This document shows, in pieces, positions 59,423 through 64,000 of a stretch of DNA of 64,000 nt; position 1 is the stretch's first letter; every line of letters starts with the position of its first letter. The stretch spans positions 22,143-86,142 of the forward strand of contig JAFQRV010000016.1 in assembly GCA_017409905.1 (NCBI GenBank). The letters run 5' to 3'. The position numbers and the translations under genes were made by a program. The notes under the pieces are model-generated. The model searched no databases. It was not told the origin of the DNA and saw nothing but the letters and a program-made list of their open reading frames with translations. This DNA comes from Bacilli bacterium. GTDB taxonomy: Bacteria; Bacillota_I; Bacilli_A; ML615J-28; CAG-313.

Positions 59423-59684
59423 TTTTAACACTCCTTTTCTCATTTGAAATTTTTCAAACTTATGTTCATTCCTATCATAACAATAGTAGCGGAACATCAC
59501 TATAAAACTTATAGCCTATTTATTATAACATTTTTTAAGAAAAATAGCAAGTAATATACTTATAATATATGTATTAAATACTCAATTGTTTTCTTTTAAA
59601 TTAAGTTATTTTTCATAATTAATATATCTTTAATAGAAATAATTTTGTTAATTTGATATAATATAAATGATTTGGAGAACTATT

Positions 59685-60515
59685 ATGTTAGAATATGGAA
59701 ACATTAATAAATTAGAAGTTATAAAAATAACAGACATTGCTTATACTTTATCGGACGGTATAAATGAAGTGTTCTTACATTTTAATCAATCTTTAAGAGA
59801 ACTTAATGTTGGTGAAGTGGTTGATGCATTTTTATATTATGACCAAAAGAAGAGATTATGTGCTACTTTAGAAACACCAATTATTACATCTACTAAATAT
59901 GATTTTGTAGAAGTTGTAGGGATTAATAGTGCTGGGGTGTTTGTAAATATTGGAATTGCTAAAGATATATTAGTATCAAAAGACTATTTACCAAAATTTG
60001 AAAAACAATGGCCAAGAATTGGTGATAAAATTCCTTGTATTATAAAAGCCAAAACTAATCAATTAGTGGCTAAGATTTTAGAACCAATTGATTTAATTAG
60101 TGATCAGCTTGAAATAAATAATGAATATAATGGTATAGTAACACAGGTTTTATATAATGGTATTAATATATGTACAAGTAATTATCAGATGATTAATATT
60201 AATAAAAATTTATTAAGAAAACAATACCATGTAGGAGAAAGTATTACATTTAAAGTAACTGCTCAAAAAGAAAATATTTATAATGGTACTACAATTGAAC
60301 AAAAAGAAAAAGCTAGATTACAAGATAGTGATTATATATTAGATTACTTAAGAAAAATGGGTGGAATGATTCCGCTTGGAAATCAATCAAGCCCTGAAGA
60401 TATATATAGAGTTCTAAACATGAGCAAAAGTGCTTTTAAAAGATCGGTTGGTCATTTATATAAATTAAAATTGATTACTATTGAAGATGATAGAATAATA
60501 CTTATTGAAGAATAA
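59685..60515 (+). CDS. cvfB: CvfB/YitL-family S1-domain RNA-binding protein
   Basis: Three S1-like barrels plus a C-terminal wH. ATG at 59685 with RBS TGGAGAA. An extended -10 TGATATAAT lies at 59654-59662. A terminator lies at 60516-60545. Confidence 0.65.
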   Translation: MLEYGNINKLEVIKITDIAYTLSDGINEVFLHFNQSLRELNVGEVVDAFLYYDQKKRLCATLETPIITSTKYDFVEVVGINSAGVFVNIGIAKDILVSKDYLPKFEKQWPRIGDKIPCIIKAKTNQLVAKILEPIDLISDQLEINNEYNGIVTQVLYNGINICTSNYQMININKNLLRKQYHVGESITFKVTAQKENIYNGTTIEQKEKARLQDSDYILDYLRKMGGMIPLGNQSSPEDIYRVLNMSKSAFKRSVGHLYKLKLITIEDDRIILIEE

Positions 60516-60550
60516 AAGAGAACATAGTTCTCTTTTTTTTATCATATTAT

Positions 60551-60579
60551 TTGTCACTTTAATCGAATTGTGGTATAAT
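60551..60579 (+). promoter_or_regulatory. sigma-A promoter of the permease leader
   Basis: -35 TTGTCA at 60551-60556, 17 nt spacer, extended -10 TGGTATAAT ending 60579. Confidence 0.6.
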
Positions 60580-60593
60580 ATTTCGAAGTTAAT

Positions 60594-60662
60594 AAGTCGT
60601 ATATATTCGATAGAATGGTTCGAAAGTCTCTACCCTGTTGCCAAAAAAACAGGACTACGATA
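60594..60662 (+). ncRNA. candidate purine (guanine/xanthine-class) riboswitch aptamer
   Basis: P1 GUCGUA/UACGAU. P2 UAUUCGA/UCGAAAG with loop ...AAUGG.. . J2/3 AGUCUCUACC, compared with xpt AGUUUCUACC. P3 CCUGUU/AACAGG with a CC-containing loop. J3/1 is AC before the P1 3' strand (C74-like). The L2 loop of 9 nt is atypical. Confidence 0.5.
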
Positions 60663-60698
60663 AAACTCATCAGCAAAAGTTCTGTTGATTTTTTTCGT

Positions 60699-60725
60699 CT
60701 AGAGGCTATGGCCTCTCTTTTTTTG
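60699..60725 (+). terminator. expression-platform terminator of the leader
   Basis: AGAGGC-TATG-GCCTCT followed by CTTTTTTT. Confidence 0.65.
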
Positions 60726-60865
60726 GAAAGATTTATTAATGGAAAGATAGGTTATTAATTAAAGAAAGGATGACTGTATCATGAAAAATACTAAAATGAT
60801 TATGATGAATATGTATAGTTGTGTAGTATTAATGACTACAGTTTTTTCTGTTTTTTAGTTTTTTG

Positions 60866-60896
60866 GAGTTGAAATTTTTTTCAACTCTATTTTTTT
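60866..60896 (+). terminator. second leader terminator / attenuator just upstream of the permease RBS
   Basis: GAGTTGAAA-TTTT-TTTCAACTC followed by TATTTTTTT. A 25-codon Met-rich uORF at 60781-60858 ends 8 nt before the hairpin. Confidence 0.6.
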
Positions 60897-60917
60897 AGAA
60901 TTAAGGAGGAGTAAAAA

Positions 60918-62270
60918 ATGAAACTAATTTACAATGTTAATGACAAACCAAAATTTACAAAAGTGCTAGTATTTGCTGTTCAACAACTATTAGCAATCAT
61001 GGCTGCTACTATCGCAGTTCCTGCAATTATTGGTAATGGCATGTCTCAAACAGCTGCTTTATTTGGTGCTGGTGTTGGTACAATCGTTTATTTATTATTC
61101 ACAAAATCTAAGAGCCCAGTATTCTTAGGATCTTCATTTGCATTTATCGGTTCTATGTTTGCTGCATTCGGTGGAGCTGCTTCAGCTGCTGCTGGTTATT
61201 TAGGTTTAATTATTGGTGCAATCTTTGCTGGTTTAGTATACGTTGTTATTGCTTTAGTTATTAAACATATTGGAACACAATGGATTGAAAAATTAATGCC
61301 ACCTGTAGTTATTGGTCCTACAGTTGCAATTATCGGTTTATCATTAGCTGGAAATGCTATTGGTGATTTACAAAATGGTGGTTTAAAAACTATTTTAGGT
61401 ACTTCAGTATGTAGTCCATATATCGCAATCGTATGTGGTTTAGTTACATTATTCACAGTTATTATTTGTTCTGTATATGGTAAAAAATTCATGAAGATGA
61501 TTCCATTCATTATCGGTATTGGTGCTGGTTATGTTGTTGCTTCAATCTTCACTGCTATTGGTCATATCGCTGATGTAGATGCATTAAAAGTTATCAATTT
61601 TGCTCTTTTCAAAGATATTCAATGGTTACCAGATTTTTCATTTATTACTGCATTTAAAGGTTTCAAAGACATTGATGCTGCTTACATTGGTACAGTTGCT
61701 GTTGCTTACTTACCAGTTGCATTCGTTGTATTTGCAGAACATATCGCTGACCACAAAAACTTATCTTCAATTATTGAAAATAATCTTTTAGAAGAACCAG
61801 GATTACACAGAACATTATTAGGTGATGGTGTTGGTTCAATGGCTGGCGCATTCTTTGGTGGATGTCCAAATACTACATATGGTGAATCAGTAGGTTGTGT
61901 TGCTATCTCAGGTAATGCTTCAGTTGTATCTATTTGGGTAACTGCATTCTTAGCAATCGCTATTTCATTCTTTGGTCCATTCGCAACTTTATTAGCAACT
62001 ATTCCATCTTGCGTTATGGGTGGTGTTTGTGTAGCTTTATATGGTTTCATCGCAGTATCTGGTTTAAAGATGATCCAAAAGGTTGACTTAGGTCAAAACA
62101 AAAATTTATTCGTAGTAAGTGTTATCTTAATTGCTGGTATTGGCGGATTCTCACTAACAATTGGTAAAGTAACAATTACTACAATTGCTTGTGCTTTAAT
62201 CTTAGGTATTATCACTAACTTAATTGTTGGTAGAAGTAAAGAAGAAACATCTGAAGAAGAAATAGAATAA
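60918..62270 (+). CDS. pbuX: NCS2-family nucleobase permease (xanthine/uracil permease type)
   Basis: N-terminal VQQLLAIMAATIAVPAIIG block typical of NCS2. 450 aa with 12-14 TM. RBS AAGGAGGAG. A bidirectional terminator lies at 62275-62308. Confidence 0.75.
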   Translation: MKLIYNVNDKPKFTKVLVFAVQQLLAIMAATIAVPAIIGNGMSQTAALFGAGVGTIVYLLFTKSKSPVFLGSSFAFIGSMFAAFGGAASAAAGYLGLIIGAIFAGLVYVVIALVIKHIGTQWIEKLMPPVVIGPTVAIIGLSLAGNAIGDLQNGGLKTILGTSVCSPYIAIVCGLVTLFTVIICSVYGKKFMKMIPFIIGIGAGYVVASIFTAIGHIADVDALKVINFALFKDIQWLPDFSFITAFKGFKDIDAAYIGTVAVAYLPVAFVVFAEHIADHKNLSSIIENNLLEEPGLHRTLLGDGVGSMAGAFFGGCPNTTYGESVGCVAISGNASVVSIWVTAFLAIAISFFGPFATLLATIPSCVMGGVCVALYGFIAVSGLKMIQKVDLGQNKNLFVVSVILIAGIGGFSLTIGKVTITTIACALILGIITNLIVGRSKEETSEEEIE

Positions 62271-62304
62271 TAAAAAATAAAAGAGGATTAAAAATCCTCT
62301 TTTT

Positions 62305-63603
62305 TTATGATTCATTATTTAATAATATACTAATAGTAAAATGCGTTTTAGTAATTTCATAGTTTAAATCCCAATTATATTTTTCCACAAACCATTTTAT
62401 AGATGTAGTACCTATCCCATGGTTCTTAATAGTTGTAATTGGATGATTATTATTATCTAATTTAATCTTGCCATTATAAGTATTTTTAATTTGCATGATA
62501 AAACGATTCTTATTATTAATTAATGAAAAACTAATTTCTTTATTTTTATTTAACTTGTTGGTTGCGTTAACCGCATTCTCTAAACAATTAGATATGAAAA
62601 CTGAAAAATCTAAATCGGAAATATTTAAAGTACTCTCAAACTCATCTAATTGTAAATTAAATTTAATTCCATTCTTTTCACAATAACTAACATAATAAGA
62701 AATTACTGAATCAATAATAGGGTTGTTAGAATATTTCTTTGTATCTGCAACCGTATCAATAACTTCTGTATAATTTTGAATATATTCGTTTGCCTCTTCT
62801 AATTGATTATTGGATATTAATTGACTTATTGTGATTAATACATGTTTTAAATCGTGTTTAATTATTCTTAATTCATCTTTAGATTGTTGATAAGTCATTA
62901 ATTTATCTTCAATATAGTGCGCTTCTTTATGAATAATCTCTTCATTTGATATATCTACTAGTTTATTTTTATACGCCTTAAATAGTAAATTAAAAATAAA
63001 GAATGAAACAAAATAAATACTAAGTACTGCAGCAGAGAATATCTCATATCTTAATAAAGGTTGATCTAACATATCAGCCAAAGTTTTATAAATCATTAGT
63101 TCAGCGATTGCTAAAAAAGCATATAAGAATAAGATTGGGCAAATCTTAGGAATTTCAATATCCAATTCATTTTGTAAATCTAAATAGAAATATTTTACGT
63201 ATGTCCAAATAATAGGATATAATACAAATGATATTGAATCAATGATTAATGGATCTATGTGTATATATCTTAAAGCTAATCCTCTTAATATGCTAATTGA
63301 AAATATCGAAAGGTTGGCATTTAAAATAAAACTCATCGATGTAAAAATCCGTTGTTTCGATAAAACTAGTAATAAAATAAGGAACGGTAAAAAGATTGCA
63401 GGAAAAATTAGAGCTTGAAAATGGTCAAAACTTTTTCCTTTAAAGTAAACCAAATTTCCTATTATTACTAAAATGGTATAAATAATGGTGATAATAATAT
63501 GAACTAAAGGTTTAAATCTTTTTTGTTTAATTAGATAAATTAAACTTCCTACAAAAATAGAACTAAAAACAATTGTTAAAATAATTAATAACTTATCACT
63601 CAT
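62305..63603 (-). CDS. HPK10-family (AgrC/ComD-like) sensor histidine kinase with 6-7 TM
   Basis: H-box IKHDLKHVL, N-box NCLENAVNAT, G-box HGIGTTSI. Confidence 0.75.
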   Translation of the reverse strand: MSDKLLIILTIVFSSIFVGSLIYLIKQKRFKPLVHIIITIIYTILVIIGNLVYFKGKSFDHFQALIFPAIFLPFLILLLVLSKQRIFTSMSFILNANLSIFSISILRGLALRYIHIDPLIIDSISFVLYPIIWTYVKYFYLDLQNELDIEIPKICPILFLYAFLAIAELMIYKTLADMLDQPLLRYEIFSAAVLSIYFVSFFIFNLLFKAYKNKLVDISNEEIIHKEAHYIEDKLMTYQQSKDELRIIKHDLKHVLITISQLISNNQLEEANEYIQNYTEVIDTVADTKKYSNNPIIDSVISYYVSYCEKNGIKFNLQLDEFESTLNISDLDFSVFISNCLENAVNATNKLNKNKEISFSLINNKNRFIMQIKNTYNGKIKLDNNNHPITTIKNHGIGTTSIKWFVEKYNWDLNYEITKTHFTISILLNNES

Positions 63604-64000
63604 GTTCGTTACCTACTAAGTAGTCGATGTACATTTTCTTAATAGTTGGATAAGATCTTTTAGAAATTGGAATTGATCTACTATTAAACAAAATAAATGA
63701 ATTATTAGAAATAGATTTTACTTGATTCATATTTACTACAAATGAAGCATGACAGGCAACAAAGTTATTAGCTTCTAAATCAAAAGGAATACTATCTAAA
63801 AATTTATTTCTTAATGTGGTTGAATAAATTGATCTTCCGTCGTTCATGTGAAAAATTAATCTTCTATTATATGATTCTATATACGCAATATCTTGAATAA
63901 CAATAGTAGTTAAATATAATTCACTGTCTTTAATTTGAATAATACTTTTATTACTAGGAGAGAACTTTTCATATACTCTATTAAGACAATCAAAAATTTG
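63596..64000 (-). CDS. LytTR-family response regulator (AgrA-like), C-terminal part; continues beyond window
   Basis: LytTR motifs IQDIAYIES...FVACHASFVVNM. The frame is open from position 64000 to the stop at 63596 (I checked that there is no frameshift). It overlaps the HK start by 8 nt. Confidence 0.7.
   Translation of the reverse strand, partial: QIFDCLNRVYEKFSPSNKSIIQIKDSELYLTTIVIQDIAYIESYNRRLIFHMNDGRSIYSTTLRNKFLDSIPFDLEANNFVACHASFVVNMNQVKSISNNSFILFNSRSIPISKRSYPTIKKMYIDYLVGNEHE

Noticed and set aside
60690-60725. Possible PyrR-binding loop (GTCTAGAGGCTATGG resembles the UCCAGAGAGGCU consensus) upstream of a uracil-type permease
   Set aside because: The motif forms the terminator stem itself rather than an upstream anti-antiterminator. 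The preceding element fits a purine-riboswitch three-way junction better. It is kept only as an alternative hypothesis.
63596-64000. Suspected frameshift splitting the LytTR response regulator at an A5 run (63851-63855)
   Set aside because: Re-reading the sequence codon by codon shows one continuous frame (…NRRLIFHMNDGRS…) from the window edge to the stop. The track lists only from the first Met because the true start lies beyond 64000.
1-64000. CRISPR arrays, IS elements, integrases, prophage or defence islands
   Set aside because: No direct-repeat arrays, transposase or integrase-like ORFs or phage structural genes were seen. The only non-core insertion is the metal module at 48850-54830, which lacks mobility genes.

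Overview
This 64 kb window looks like a chromosomal core segment from a low-GC (roughly 28-30% GC by eye) spore-forming Firmicute. It is densely packed and mostly + strand, with housekeeping operons and strong sigma-A-like promoters and intrinsic terminators in nearly every gap. No CRISPR arrays, transposons or obvious repeat families were seen.

Contents in order:
- A 5'-truncated M32 carboxypeptidase, a YlmH-like S4 protein and rpsD with a structured leader.
- tRNA-Gly(GCC), then a divergent QueT-like transporter whose 5' UTR carries a convincing preQ1-I riboswitch.
- A heterodimeric ABC exporter pair.
- A four-gene Na+-translocating oxaloacetate-decarboxylase-type cluster: a split alpha subunit, an unusual lipoprotein-OadG fusion, a separate biotin carrier and the beta subunit.
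- A complete 10-gene aromatic amino-acid 'supraoperon': aminotransferase, pheA, aroB, aroC, an aroE-aroK fusion, aroQ, aroA, tyrA and an aroG-type DAHP synthase.
- A BirA-like ligase, a HAD hydrolase and a TPR protein.
- znuACB, with an ATG start for znuA.
- A DUF308 membrane protein, a nuclease-like hypothetical and a TSCPD protein.
- A NifS-like desulfurase followed by thiI.
- An alpha/beta-type small acid-soluble spore protein.
- A TrmH-family methyltransferase and a TGS-Udk fusion.
- rimP-nusA-ylxR-ylxQ-infB-rbfA, then an ECF sigma/anti-sigma pair, uvrC, gerE plus a DEDDh exonuclease, RNase J, a Cof-type HAD and def.
- A small sporulation cluster containing an unannotated 46-aa YjcZ-family ORF, a 64-aa protein, and ylbD and ylbE.
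- rpsP-khpA, then an inserted metal-resistance module with an alpha5-site ArsR/CzrA-type repressor.
- rimM-trmD, a rhodanese-like lipoprotein, pepF, a dapF that appears to start at AUU, and rplS on the opposite strand.
- cvfB, a candidate purine riboswitch ahead of an NCS2 permease, and an AgrC-like histidine kinase with a LytTR regulator running off the window end.

The inserted metal-resistance module sits between khpA and rimM. It has a YwaF-like membrane protein, a novel Cys-rich acidic lipoprotein, the CzrA-type repressor with a textbook operator, and a CPC P1B-type ATPase whose stop overlaps the rimM start.

No entirely new multi-gene system stands out. The most interesting items are the lipoprotein-OadG fusion, the metal island with the Cys-rich lipoprotein embedded in a ribosomal operon, the two riboswitch leaders (the second with tandem attenuators and a Met-rich uORF), the AUU-initiated dapF and the hidden YjcZ ORF.
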